From Paraspadella gotoi (lineage: Eukaryota; Animalia; Chaetognatha): a DNA stretch of 64,000 nt. The stretch is from NCBI GenBank assembly GCA_051294375.1, contig CM119270.1, forward strand, positions 19,541,741 to 19,605,740, read 5' to 3'. A program made the translations under genes and the position numbers. The notes under the pieces are model-generated. The model was not told where the DNA came from and made no database searches. It saw only the letters and a list, made by a program, of their open reading frames with translations. Of the stretch, positions 1 to 18,569 are shown one piece after another; within the stretch, counting starts at the first letter, position 1, and each line of letters starts with the position of its first letter.

Positions 1-184
1 GGATGAGGGAGGGGAGGAGGGAGGGAGGAGGAGATGAGGGCGTGGTTTTTGAAAACCCTTGAGAGCGGGGGCGTCCGCTTTTTCGTCGTCGGTTTCGTCG
101 GTCGTTCGGGTCGGTCGTCGTCGTCCCCCGTAGCGGGCGGAAAAAACTCTTTTCTGTTTTTCCCCCCCCCTCCCCGCCCCCCCG

Positions 185-230
<46 letters not shown>

Positions 231-3200
231 TTTCATCCGAGGATCATGAGAAGTGTAGTCTAAAGTTTGGACGAAAGCCTGCCTCGAAGGGCCGTTCGGT
301 TCCGCTGCGGCCTCCCGATGGACCGCCTTCGCCTGCGGGTTACGTCTCGAAGGGCCTTTTTTGTTTCCGTTTTGGGGCGTATTTCGCTTGGGAACCGCCT
401 TCCTCCTCCTCTTGGCGGCCACCCGCATAAAAAAGGTGGGGAAAACATTGTCCTTGAGCACGGCGCCTTAACCTTTTCCGACCTTCCGCCGCCTTCTCGG
501 GACGAGGGCCGGCTTTGACCCGGCCTTCCGAGACGTTTTTCCTCGCCCAGGCGGAGGTAGCCCCGCATCGACCGAGGGGGGCCGTTGTCAAGTGGGGACG
601 GGGGCGGCTCCTTTGGAAGGGGCGGAGGAGGGTTGGTCGGGGTCGGGCGGAGGGCTCCGGTCTCGGTCGCAGAGAAAGGTTCGTTTCGAGGCTCAAAGCC
701 CGTCCGCGCGACCAACGGTTTTCCGGAAAGTGGGGGGCCCTTGGCGAGGGGCTGCCGAGAAGGGCGGCTTGAGGCCCGTTTTTGCCGTCCGGGCTGGCCG
801 ATTCCAGGGGGACTTTTTTGGTTTTTCCGGTTTTTTCGAAGTTCATTTGAATTCGAAGGGATTTGATGTCGTTGAGATTTGTAGTGAAAGATTGTTGAGG
901 TTCCGCGGGCATTTTGGAGGATCATTCCGGATGGGGGATTTCGGTTACCACGGGCATTTTTTTTACGAAAAAACCAGTTTTTTTTACGCTTTTCGGATGG
1001 GGACAGAGGGGCGCTAATTTAAAATTAATTGATTCCTTTTTTCGTTTTATAATCGATTCCTTTTTTTTCTTTTTTTTTTTTTTTTTTTCTTTTGAGGAGT
1101 GGCCGAGTTTCGTGAAAAGGAAGTTTTATTTCGCAAAAAGCGCGATCAAGGTATTGCTCAATGGTATTAATGTTTTTTAAAAATTGATTCTTTCACTGAG
1201 TTGGTTTTACCATTTTGAAAAAAAAAAAACCTTTTGTTTGTATTTTTGTTGAGTTTTTTCCTCCGTGAAAAAAAAAAAACGTGGAGTTTTACGTTTTGAC
1301 ACGAAAAAAAATTTCCACGTGGGGTTGTTGTGATTGGCCGGGTTTGAGGGTCTCTCGACTTTTCTTGTTAAGGAGGGAAAGACGATTGAAGAAAAAGGAG
1401 AGAGAAGGGACGGAGGGAAAAAACCCCCCCGTGGGCCTGCGAGTTGTGGTAATGGAAGAGAGAGGAGAGAGAGAAAGATAGAGAAGGAGGACGAGAAGAG
1501 AGAGAGAGAAGAGAGAGGATGAGAGAGGGAAGAGAGAGAGAGAGAGAGAGGAGAGGGAGTAGCGAAGCAGAGAAAGCAAAAAATCGAGAAGAAGGAAAAT
1601 AAGGAAAAAAAGCAAATAATAGGGAAGGAGGAAGAGGAAAGTGTAGAGGAAAGGAGTCCAGGGAGGAGCGAGGGGAAGAGAGAGGGAAAAATTGCCCACG
1701 AAAAGAGAGAGAGGAGAGAGAGGGAAGGGAGAGGAGGAGAGAGAGAGAGAGAGAGAGAGGAGAGATAGAAAGAAGGAAGAGAGGGAGAGAGGAGAGAGAG
1801 GAACGGGCCCATAATTTTGACTTTTGTCCTACCAGTTTTTTTGGTTCTTACTCAAAAGCTTGCGGCGAAAGAGGAGAGGGGAAAGATGAGTTTGTTTAGG
1901 GGAAAATCCCCGCAGGGTTTTATTTCTGTGCGAGTGCGAAGAGAGGGGGGAGGGAGTCAGGGAGGGAGAGAGGGGACAGAGAGGTTTTTAGGACAACGTA
2001 GGGCCTTTTTGGCGCGAAGGGCGTTTCGGAAAAAAACCGCGAAAGGCTTAAATGTTCCACGATGCCATCGCGTGCTGTTCGGCGTTTTTGGCAAAAGCCG
2101 GTCGGGTCGCCTCAGAAAAGAAAAACGTTGAAATTAACATCGATGAGAGTTTTCCGAAAGGCGGTTTAAGTCGGTATTGTAATTGCCATTGTATTCATAA
2201 AAATTTAAGGGGCCGAATTTTGAAATCTAAAATTTAAAGATTGATGTACTTTAAAAAAGGGAAAAAAAAAATTAAAAATGGGAAATGGCGAATTAGTTCT
2301 AAAATTGTTTTCGTTCATTTTCTTTATTTTTTTGTTATCTTTGCCAAAAAAACTTTGTGGTCTTTTGGTGGAAGAAACCAAAAACGGAATTTGAAAAAGA
2401 AATTTCGAAAAAAATATTACCTTTTATTTTTTTTTTACGTCCTTCAAAATTAGTATTTTTTCAGAGATGAAAGAAAAAGGAAAAGACAAAAAAAAAAAAA
2501 AATAGAAAACCCTTTTTAGTTTCCAAAAAAATTTGAAAAAAGAGTTTTCAGTTTTTAGGATTTCAGATTTTTCAGAATTAAAAAAAAAAAAAAAACAACT
2601 AAAAATTTGTAGATGATTTTTTGTCTATTTTTTAACCGGAAAGAAACTAAAAAAATTTGGATAAAATTTTCCTACTATTTTAAGTTATAAAAAAAATGTT
2701 TAGTCAAGGCAAAAAATCGATAAAAAAACTTACCCTTTTTTTACCAATTTTTTACCAGGAACGCAGAATGATTTTTCCATTTTTCAAGGAGTCCCTGAAA
2801 AGGGAATTGCCGTAACTTTTAAAATTTTAAATTTATTTCGCGTTTAAAAAAAAACTTAAAAAAACTGGTTTTGGGAAGTTTTTACGAAAACCACAAAAAA
2901 AAAAAAAAGTTTTGTTTTTTTTTTTTAAAAATTAGAAATTTTTTCCAGGTTTCAAAAACTAATCAATTTTTGATTCAAAATGTCCATTACCTTTTTGGGT
3001 CATTTTTTAAGATTTATGTTAAAGCGAGCCCTTGAGAAATTTTAATTAAGGTTGTTGAAAGCTTTTTCAATAAATTAGACAAAAAAAGTTAAAGAGTGAA
3101 GCGGCTGGGTATAAAAACCCAGGTTTAAGTTATACGGGTCCTTTATAAAGGCGATTTACACCGGCAGAGATTTTGCTTTTTTTCTTCGTGGTTGGGAAAG

Positions 3201-4179
3201 GAGAAACAGTAATGTTCATTGCAGTTTTCCTATTGATTTTGGATCTGGCTGCCAAGGCCATGGACTACTGGCTGGTTTAACCGGGTCAATCCAGGACTTT
3301 TCTAAAACATATCAACCTTAGGATCGAAAACCCCAAGGGGACGCCACTATGGGAGGTGCATTAGGTTCCACCAAAGAAGGGCACTGCTTTAATCCAAAAT
3401 TTTGTGGTTTTGTATATCCACCCAGAAGACAATTTTAAGTCGAAATTAGAAAAAAGGGAAAAAAAAAAAACAAAAGTTCAAAAACAAGGAACAAGCCAAA
3501 GCAAAAGCAAAAGAGCCGGGAAATTTTACCATAAGTTTATGGTTACATAAATTTTTCAAAACATTCTTAAATTTATTTTGTTGAATTTTTTGGTTTAAAT
3601 TCGGTTTCCTTAATAAAGCCCAAAAAAAAAAAAAAAAAATTATCTTGGCGTTTGTTTCTGTTGTTTTGTTGTTGTTGTCCTTCTGTTTTCCATCCATTTT
3701 CGAAGATTCCATCGACGCAGGACCACGTTCGTCTAGGAACCTCTACTCGCCCAGGCAAAACACCGACTATCCTCCCCTGTTTGACTCCCTTGAGCATACA
3801 TCCCTCTTCCCCGCTGATCTCCTACCCTCACAACAGGGTAGTCCTGCGCATTAACCTTTACCCTCCAAGTCGACAAAAACCTGCACGTTTTTCCGATTTG
3901 TACCTACACACATGCTTACTCTTTCATCTTCTCCTCTCTCCCTCGTGGTAATATCCGTCGTTACAAACTGGAACAAATAGAAAAAAACACGGGGATCGAA
4001 ACAACACACGGTGCGACAGAACAAATGTAAAACTACGAGAAGAAACAAGAACCGTCGGGCACGAAACTACACCTCTGGAGAGAACTCAAAAGATGTAAAA
4101 TCCTCTGACTCAGTCTTCGCGTGTGGATTGCTGAACTCGAAGAAAAGGAAAAATGAGACTGCGTGATCTATTTACACAA

Positions 4180-5250
4180 AACATTGAACGCCTTACCCTC
4201 GAAAAAAAGCGAGACCCTCTCCTTGACCTTACGTCGAAAAAGCGAACCTTCCCTCGACCTACCTTTGAGGAAACGTGTCCAAGAATCCGTTCATCACGAA
4301 ATTCTGGGTGACGATCATAATCGGGGAAGGGAACGGAATCACGATATCCTGAGACGATTAAATCGCTGTATGCGAGGTCAAAACTGACCCGCCTGATTAT
4401 AGCTGAGATAGTTGGAGAATATTAATGGTGAGAAGTGTAATGAGAATGAGATGTTGTGGATTATCATAAAATGAACTTATACCTTGAATTTAAGAAATTT
4501 AAAAATTATAGTATTAGGAGTAATTAAAAATGGGGCTAAGAGAATAGATAATAGACAGAATTTCAACCACGAAGATTAAAAGAAATATAATATATTCACC
4601 GGTAAACCCCACACAAAAAGACGGGCAACTAATAATAAGTAATAGAACGGAGATACAGTGTTTTAAAAATAATCCTTCTACATTTCCTCTATAGTGTTAC
4701 TTGTTTATAAAACAGAAAGAAATAGAAAAAATGTAAATTGATTATGATGATTATTATAAACAACTTAAAAAGGCCAAATCAGACTACGAAATCTGTTCTA
4801 CGCCCTATAAACGGCCACGTAATGAGACAAACAGATAATCTCCTCTCTCTGTCATTGTACATTGGACGTTCCAGTGTAAATAAAACAGACCGTTTAAATA
4901 CATTTCGACAAATCGCAGTCTTATTTTCCTGTTTGACTTTTGGCCGCGAGAGAGAAATAACCGTGCTCTGTTACTTCTATACGAAGACAGAGAATGATCT
5001 TTTTGCTCCCGCCTTTACCCCAAAGCGTTCCAGTCTTCGTATGAGTAATGTAAAAGCCGCAACTGCCAGCCGGACTTACGGAGATTGACGACCGAGATTT
5101 GAGGAAGCGGAAACGACGTTCAGAAAGGAGAAAAGCCGAACGAAAAACGAAGACGAGATAGAGGAAAGCCGAAGAGAAGAGAGAGGAACGAGAGAGAAGA
5201 GAGTGAGGCAGAGGAGAAGAGAAGAAGCGGAGACGCTCAAGAAAGAGACA
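4180..5250 (-). other. Degraded inverted copy of Eph exon/intron sequence at ~8500-9260 (probable fold-back read artefact)
   Basis: 4262-4405 is a noisy reverse complement of the exon at 9051-9176 (e.g. ccgttcatcacgaaattctgggtgacgatcataatcgg vs ccgttcatcatgaattcggtgacgatcataatcgg). 4180-4262 mirrors the 33-bp donor repeats and 4460-4720 mirrors the intron 8702-9050. Confidence 0.75.
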
Positions 5251-8013
5251 TCCAGAAGACTGCCCGAATCATACTGCTGATCGCCTATAGGTCTATACGC
5301 AATATTTTATCCTAAGAACCAACTCTCAATCGACTTGTCCGACAAATTCATTCATAAAACATTCTTAAAGCGTAATAACCAGATTTTCGACAGGTTCCAC
5401 GAGAGTCACTACAGAGCTGCATGCCGGGCACGAGGGAACTCACGTCGCTGAAAAAAAGAAAACGTATGTCTCTACGCTTATTGATACCGGATCACCCTTC
5501 AATCCTCGTGCGCGTTATGAACTCACACGTCCACTATTTATACATCGCGTCTCCTCCATCCTACTACCTTCTGTCTGTTTTTCATAATTTCCGTCACATC
5601 TTTACTCTCACTCTCGCCTCACATCACCTCTCGCCCTACATTACTACTACTCCTTCCTCTCACTCTGCCTACTCATGTCTCCGCCTCACAATCCTCACCG
5701 AGGCTCGAGTCGGTCGCTCACCTCTTGACTGCTTGAGAGAGCCATTAGCTCCAGTGCCATAACACGCGCCTTGGAGATAGACCTTCTGTGAATCCGCACA
5801 GACGCTCATATACTCCGGCACAAATCGTCTATCTGTAGCGTCGGTCGTCGTTCGTGTCGTATCGTTTGTCTGTCAGATTCAGTCGTACGGTCCGTCTGTT
5901 TGTCGTTGGATGAGTGGATTTGATGTTTGTGAATGAGATTTTCAGCTTGCGTGATGGCGATTGTTTGGGTGGGAGAGTTTTGTTATGTGATGTGTTTCGA
6001 AGTAGTATATTATCGTTAATATTTACGTAATTTTCACTCTCGTAATTTGCGCGGTGGTTTTTTGTGGCGTTAGTTTGGCGTGCAAACACGGAAAAACGAC
6101 AAAACAACGGGAAATTTCTTTTAAAAAAAAAAGGGGGGGGACTGGCCATCCGCCGATGTTAATTGCGACTTTGACGCGAAGATGTATGTCCGAGACCCCG
6201 AATGTGTGCGTTTTGCTCTAACGCCGACCGTACGTTCGTCGGTCGGTCGGTTCGATCGTACGGTCGTCTCCAGTTAGTTTTAATAGAGATTTTAGCTCAA
6301 ACCAATCAGAGACTATTGGGGATAGTTGAAAGATTAAGGGTTCGGAAAAGCGAGTGATATTCTGTAGACGTACTGGTAGGATGATGATGACGGAGATAGG
6401 AGAGAGGAGAAAAGGAGAAGGAGAAAAAAAAAAAATAATGAATAGAAAATAGAGAATTAAAAGAAAATGAATAAAAAGAAAAGAAAGAAAGAAAAGAAAA
6501 AGGAAGAAAAGAAAGGAAAGAAAGGAAGAGGAAAAGGAGAGGAGAAGAGAAGAAGGAGAGGAGAGAGAAGGAGAAAGGAAAGAAAGAAGAAAGGAAAGAG
6601 AAAAGAAAGAAGAAGAAAGGAAAGAGAAAAACGAACGAAGACAGGAACAAAGAAAAAACAAAAGAAAGAACGAAAAGGAAACCAGGAACGAACGAACGAA
6701 CAGAAGAGAGAAAGGAGAGAAGCGAGAAACAGAATAGCAAGATTTAATAGTAAGAAAAAACTAGGACGATCCTGTAATGTAAACACACTGTATTGTCATG
6801 TCATATTTCACGTCAACGAACGAAGCGAGCGTAACAGGAAGTCCAGGTGGAAGTTCCACGACGCATTCTTTATTGGTGTCGTATAGACCGTTACCTCGTT
6901 ACATCTGCCGCGGCCAAGAGCAGGCCCGGCTAATCGTAAAGCTAATGTACTTTCGATTTTCTTTCCAATTCTTGTGAGCTCTGCCGAATTTTGGTGTTCC
7001 TCCGAAATTTATTTGCCAATAGAAAGATTCAATAATGGAAAGATCTGTGGAAAGAAATTTTAAGAAGTGGATTAATATGAGGCGTTTTAAGAAAGAATTT
7101 ATGCAAACCTGATTGAAATTGAATAAAAGGGGTCGAAAAGATTTGAAGAAATACTGCACAAAAGAATCGTGTGACGACTCTTCAGCGCACGTTACTCTAA
7201 ATAGCTTAGGGTTCCCCCGGGTTTTTTAAGATTTATCTCCTGGTGAGATTTATTGATTATATTTATCGGTTGTTTAATAATAAATAAGATCAGATCTCAC
7301 AAAATACTCTACCACATAAAAATGCATCACCCGGCCCAAAAAACCAGGAAATCTCCACGGGCCGGACTTTTCCCATTTCTCCCTCTTATTGCTTCCCCAA
7401 ACGCCCAAAGGACGGGCGGGAAAAGTTTCACTACCGCGGGCCTTTTCTTTGGCGGCCGGACAGGAAACGGCAACGGCCAATGGCTTGCCTTTCCCACCTT
7501 TTACCCCGTCGGCGCGGTGAGGGGAAAATTGGACCATGACAATTGGGGACATGGTACATTAACCAGGATTTCGGTTCAGGTTTTTTCTACTAATTTAAAT
7601 TTTCTTAATCTATTTCTTTCTCTCTCTCTCCTCTGTTCATCTGGCTACTTCTCTTTCTTCTTCTTCTTTTCTCTCTTCTTCTTCTACTCTCTCTCTCTTC
7701 TCCTCCTCTCTTCTCTCTCTTCCTTCTTCCTTTTTTTCTTCTCTCTTCTCTCTTCTTCATCTCCCTCCTCCCTATCTTCTCTCTCCCAACCCCCCTCTCT
7801 CTCTCCCTTCCCCCAAAAATTCCATCAACCTCTGATACTTTTGACCTCGTTTCCAAACCCACCTCGGGGAAACTTCTCTTTTCTCTCATTTAACTTCTTC
7901 TTCCTGGGCACCCCACTCGCGACTTTATCCTCCCCCATACAAAAACCACCATCGCCTCCCCCCACTTTAAAAAAAAACACCTCTTTAACCCCCTTTCAAT
8001 TCAACCCCCTCAG

Positions 8014-8157
8014 GCTCCGATTGCGGGAAACCTAACGGTGAAACCCCCCACGTTTAAACGAAAGATCCCGAGTCTGGCCGATGAGAACCCAAATTCACCG
8101 GGCGGCAAGATCGATCCCCTCGGGACCATTTCACCGATTTCCGACTCGATCCTCCCG
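8014..8157 (+). CDS. Eph: Eph receptor juxtamembrane exon (indel-corrupted)
   Basis: After a cag acceptor, the noisy sequence resembles TYVDP.TYEDPSLA..QF..EIDP..I.IDSIL, the Eph juxtamembrane/kinase start. The frame is broken by many indels. Confidence 0.55.
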
Positions 8158-8515
8158 GTGGGTGTGGGCGGGAGCTTGGTGGGCGGACTTTTTGGGCAAG
8201 AATAATGTTGGCGGAGGTGTTGGGGAGTTTGCGGAAAGGGAAAATTTGAACACAGTTGTGGGCGGAGTTGGTGGGCTGAAGTTTTGGTTGTTTGTAACGG
8301 AAGTTGTGGGTTCTGGTTTTATAAGCGGAAATTGTTAGTGCCGAGTTGACCGCATTGCCAGTTGTGGACGGGATTTGTAAACTGAATTGTGGATTTATTT
8401 GTTGTGGGACGGGATTGAAAGTTAGTTTGTATGTTAAAATAGCATAAATAAGATGTTATGATTCACATTCTTGCCCTTCGCCTCTTTCCTCCCCTCTTTT
8501 CTCATCTCTTCTCTC

Positions 8516-13542
<5,027 letters not shown>

Positions 13543-14338
13543 CAACCAAGCCGAAACATGTACGTTTTCTCTATGTGAACAAAATTTTTGTTGTATGTAA
13601 TCAAAACTAAACAAAATCTTTCTCTCTTGTAGCTAAAAATTTCTTAGAAAAAGCTAAAATCTATAATAGAAAATGTAACTGGTTGAAAAGTTTCTCGATT
13701 TTTAGGTTCAAACAAATTAAAAAATCTTAAAAACATAAACATTATTTTCCTACGTGATATTTAAATTGATATGTTATATTTTATAGCTCGGTACATATTA
13801 TTTTTTTTATCCAAACCAAAATATGTCTTATTTATTTTTTTTTAAATCAACTCCTCTATTACGAAAGAAAAAACAGAAAAAAAAAAGAGATTTCAACGAA
13901 ATATACAAGAGAGAGAAAGAGAGAGAGATGGAGTGGGGAGAGGAGAGAAAAGAGAAAGAGAATTACGACTAACATTGAAAGCCTTTGATTTTGGTATAAT
14001 AATCGTAATAATTAATTGTAATAATATTAATAATAATGAACTAAGATTCGGAAGATTTAAAATATCGGAAGTCCTCCTCCGATTTTAGTGGGGGGTGGGG
14101 GTGAGGGTTAAAAATAGAATTCGGGAGAGGGGAAGGTAATCAAGGGGGGTCAGGTCGTGGGGGGTGGGGTGTGAGAGACCCGTTCCGAGGGTCAGAGAAG
14201 CCGACGAAGATGGACTAGTTGAGGCGAGAGAGAGAGCAGGTTAGGAAGAGAGAAGAGAGATGAAGTGAGGAAGGGAAGAGAGAGGGAGAGAGAGAAGAAG
14301 AGATGATGAGGACTGAACGAGGAGAGAGAGATGAGAGA

Positions 14339-14370
<32 letters not shown>

Positions 14371-14390
14371 TGAAGAGAGACTGGATGAGT

Positions 14391-14434
<44 letters not shown>

Positions 14435-15412
14435 AAGTCAGACCGCCATCACGACAAAACCTCGGTCTCTTGCGGCGACGGCGGCTGATGACGACTGCGA
14501 CGGACGACGACGCCATCGACCGCCGCGGCGACCCGCCCAGCCNNNNNNNNNNNNNNNNNNNNNNNNNCCGTAATAAAAATGTCTACGAAATCTTTATATA
14601 TTTGGATCAGAATCGTCATTTCAACGGAAACTTTCTTTTCCTTCTCACACGAAAAGAAAATAACAGAAAAGAAAAAAAAGATAAATCAATTAGAAAAAGT
14701 TAAAATAAAATAATCGCGCGGCTCCCTCGTAGTTTATTTGTTATTTCTTTCTACATTCAACTCGTTACTTCAATGATTCGTTTAAAAAACACAAAAAATG
14801 TCGTAATGAACAAACTTTTTTTTAAAACGAAACCCAAAAAAGGCAGACAAAACCAAAAGAATCTCTCTCTCTCTCTCTCTCTCNNNNNNNNNNNNNNNNN
14901 NNNNNNNNNNNNNNNNNNNNNNNNNNNNNNNNNNNNNNNNNNNNNNNNNNNNNNNNNNNNNNNNNNNNNNNNNNNNNNNNNNNNNNNNNNNNNNNNNNNN
15001 NNNNNNNNNNNNNNNNNNNNNNNNNNNNNNNNNNNNNNNNNNNNNNNNNNNNNNNNNNNNNNNNNNNNNNNNNNNNNNNNNNNCCCCCCCCTTCTTTGGC
15101 TTCAATGTCGTGTCCGTAGCAGTTTTACCATTTGCGTCGATAGAGAAATCAATGTTTTCTTTCTTCTNNNNNNNNNNNNNNNNNNNNNNNNNNNNNNNNN
15201 NNNNNNNNNNNNNNNNNNNNNNNNNNNNNNNNNNNNNNNNNNNNNNNNNNNNNNNNNNNNNNNNNNNNNNNNNNNNNNNNNNNNNNNNNNNNNNNNNNNN
15301 NNNNNNNNNNNNNNNNNNNNNNNNNNNNNNNNNNNNNNNNNNNNNNNNNNNNNNNNNNNNNNNNNNNNNNNNNNNNNNNNNNNNNNNNNNNNNNNNNNNN
15401 NNNNNNNNNNNN

Positions 15413-15443
<31 letters not shown>

Positions 15444-18435
15444 TAGTTTTTGAAAACTAGTTTTTAATCAACAATGTTTTTCTTTAAATAATTCCAACAC
15501 ATAACTGATTAAAAACGGAAGGAGAAAATTTTCGAACTTATTGAATGATTTGCTACAATTTCATCAAAATGCTGCTTCTAAAACCTAATGGGAAATACCA
15601 ATTTTTCAGTTTTGTTATACGCATGATGTACATTGTAAATTGAAGAGCTTTTTAAATATAATCATTATTATTCTTTATTTTTACCTGTACTCATTAAACG
15701 TTAACATGTTGTTGCCAGTGACGTGGCCACTTGTGCGAATACCAAAAACAAAACTCGGTTTAATTTCATGAAATCAGTTTTAAAACTTAGCTTATTTGTA
15801 AATAATCCAATTTCAAAAAACAAAAAAAAAATTTACGGAAAATGTAATTTGAACAAATTAAACTAAATCTGTTCATTTTTAGTACATGTGCATTTATTGA
15901 TTCCGAATTTAAATAATCATGTTATAAAGGCCGTAATGAATGTACTGTAATCTATGTCGAAGATTTCCGATTGGCTAACTGTTGTGCTTTCTTTTTTTTT
16001 CGTTTTGGTAAATTTCTAAAAAAAACTAGTCTTATGTTTATCAGGATAAACTTTCAGATATTTATAAAAATTATTAATTGTAAAGTATTGAGAATTGATT
16101 TTTGGGAAGGAGCTCTCTGAATGGTGTTCTGTGACTCGCATAACAGGATTTGCCAATAAATATCTCTCAGAGCCTTAAATTCCTTTTTCGTTTTTTATTC
16201 AAAGAAATCCACATGCTAGGAGATGAATACAGGCCGACGCTTCAGGTCTGCGATTTTTGTTGAGTTACAGTCAGATCTTTATAAGGTTGTCTAACAATGA
16301 TGACAAAAAATTAGTGAAAAAATATAAATTTTACAACCAAATTTTGTGTTTATGAAATTTTGTTTAGTTTTTTTTTTTAAATTAAGGGAAAAAAATAGAA
16401 ACGAGTGAGGATTTTCGATTAAAAATCAAAACATTCAAACGGCAAATGCTTAATTTAGATACAAATTTAGATACAACTGAAAGTTAATTTTTAATGCTTA
16501 TCTAACCTCCAATTTAAAATTAATTGGATATAGAAAAAAAATGTTTAAAAAAAAAGTAAAAGCAACTACACAACGAGGGAAGAAATACTTTAACAATTAA
16601 AAAAAACTAACATACAACCAACCTAAAAACAAACATACACCCAGCATTGAAAAATGACGGTGAAAACTCGATAAAGGGTGTTGGATATTAATGGTATGAA
16701 ATGTGACAGAGCGAGTAGAACTAGAAGTACAAATTAAAAAAGAAAAATTGTATAAAGATAAAAGAAGAATTGTTTCAACGAGCGATAAGAGTTTTGACTC
16801 TTGTAAAGGAAAAATTTCTAATTAATCACCTGAATATCAGTTGAAGGTTTCTGGTTAATTCGAAAATAAAAAATAAAAATTTAGGAAATTTTTCCTCGTC
16901 AGACAATGAAAATCATAGTAGAGTTTCGGAGATAATGCCATTTATGAAAGACAAGGGGTAATTTGGATGATTGGACNNNNNNNNNNNNNNNNNNNNNNNN
17001 NNNNNNNNNNNNNNNNNNNNNNNNNNNNNNNNNNNNNNNNNNNNNNNNNNNNNNNNNNNNNNNNNNNNNNNNNNNNNNNNNNNNNNNNNNNNNNNNNNNN
17101 NNNNNNNNNNNNNNNNNNNNNNNNNNNNNNNNNNNNNNNNNNNNNNNNNNNNNNNNNNNNNNNNNNNNNNNNNNNNNNNNNNNNNNNNNNNNNNNNNNNN
17201 NNNNNNNNTTCAAAAAAAAAATAGACCAATAAAACGGATAAACAAATTGTCAACATTAAATAAAAGTATGTATATAAACCAATTGTTTTGAAAGACGCCG
17301 GTGTTTTGTTCGGACACAAAAACAATTTTGGGTTCCGATTTGTGTGGGTCATAAAAAAATGAGAGCCGACATCAAAGCCGACAAGTTCAACCAAAGACAT
17401 TTTGGGCCATTTTTGACGGACTTCATTAGCCATTTAAACGTTTTGAGCCATGGCTGAATAAATTGGGTCACGGATTTTCGGAAACAAGCCAACGAAAAAT
17501 CACAAAACCATCACAGCATAACCCTTGTGTGTATTGTGTTCTTAGTTAAAAGTTTTCTTTGTTATAGAATCGGACGCCGTGAGAAAAGATGAGAAAGTTT
17601 TTTTTGTTGTTTGTTTTACTTGTGAAAGTCTTTGCTCGACGCTAACAAAGAGATTTGAACATTTTTAGTTCAGTTTCGTCTCTTGACGGAGATTCTCGAA
17701 TCGCTACTACAACTTTTTTTTATGTCCTCATGTTAATTTTAGACCGATTGGATACTCTCGTTGTCTGCCCTTAAACTGTTGGTTTTCCAAAGGAAGGTAC
17801 TGTTGTCGTCCTCGGCTGCTACTGTTGTTTTCCAGANNNNNNNNNNNNNNNNNNNNNNNNNNNNNNNNNNNNNNNNNNNNNNNNNNNNNNNNNNNNNNNN
17901 NNNNNNNNNNNNNNNNNNNNNNNNNNNNNNNNNNNNNNNNNNNNNNNNNNNNNNNNNNNNNNNNNNNNNNNNNNNNNNNNNNNNNNNNNNNNNNNNNNNN
18001 NNNNNNNNNNNNNNNNNNNNNNNNNNNNNNNNNNNNNNNNNNNNNNNNNNNNNNNNNNNNNNNNNNNNNNNNNNNNNNNNNNNNNNNNNNNNNNNNNNNN
18101 NNNNNNNNNNNNNNNNNNNNNNNNNNNNNNNNNNNNNNNNNNNNNNNNNNNNNNNNNNNNNNNNNNNNNNNNNNNNNNNNNNNNNNNNNNNNNNNNNNNN
18201 NNNNNNNNNNNNNNNNNNNNNNNNNNNNNNNNNNNNNNNNNNNNNNNNNNNNNNNNNNNNNNNNNNNNNNNNNNNNNNNNNNNNNNNNNNNNNNNNNNNN
18301 NNNNNNNNNNNNNNNNNNNNNNNNNNNNNNNNNNNNNNNNNNNNNNNNNNNNNNNNNNNNNNNNNNNNNNNNNNNNNNNNNNNNNNNNNNNNNNNNNNNN
18401 NNNNNNNNNNNNNNTACTGTTGTCGTCCTCGGCTG

Positions 18436-18569
18436 CTACTGTTGTTTTCCAGAACCTCGACGGAGGAAAAACTTTTGCGGTGGACTGAGCTCACCATCGC
18501 CTCCTCTGCTGATTCCCATCACTTGTAAATTGTAAATCGTGTCGTAACGCAAATTGTTTATCTCGCATT
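18436..18569 (-). CDS. Cont: Contactin last FN3 exon (in-frame stop at 18436-18438)
   Basis: ECEINNLRYDTIYNLQVMGISRGGDGELSPPQKFFLRRGSGKQQ*. Confidence 0.8.

Noticed and set aside
1-3450. Long GC-rich and low-complexity ORFs; possible Eph FN3/TM exons
   Set aside because: The sequence is dominated by homopolymer noise. Faint FN3-like hints (e.g. near 1920-2000) cannot be turned into a supportable frame.
13547-13561. caagccgaaacatgt match to the hammerhead element right after the Eph stop
   Set aside because: Only the 3' half is present (no CUGANGA or stem II 5' strand); a remnant or chance match.
17798-18452. Direct repeat flanking a 578-N gap
   Set aside because: The same ~38 bp on both sides of the gap indicates an unmerged contig overlap, not a biological repeat.
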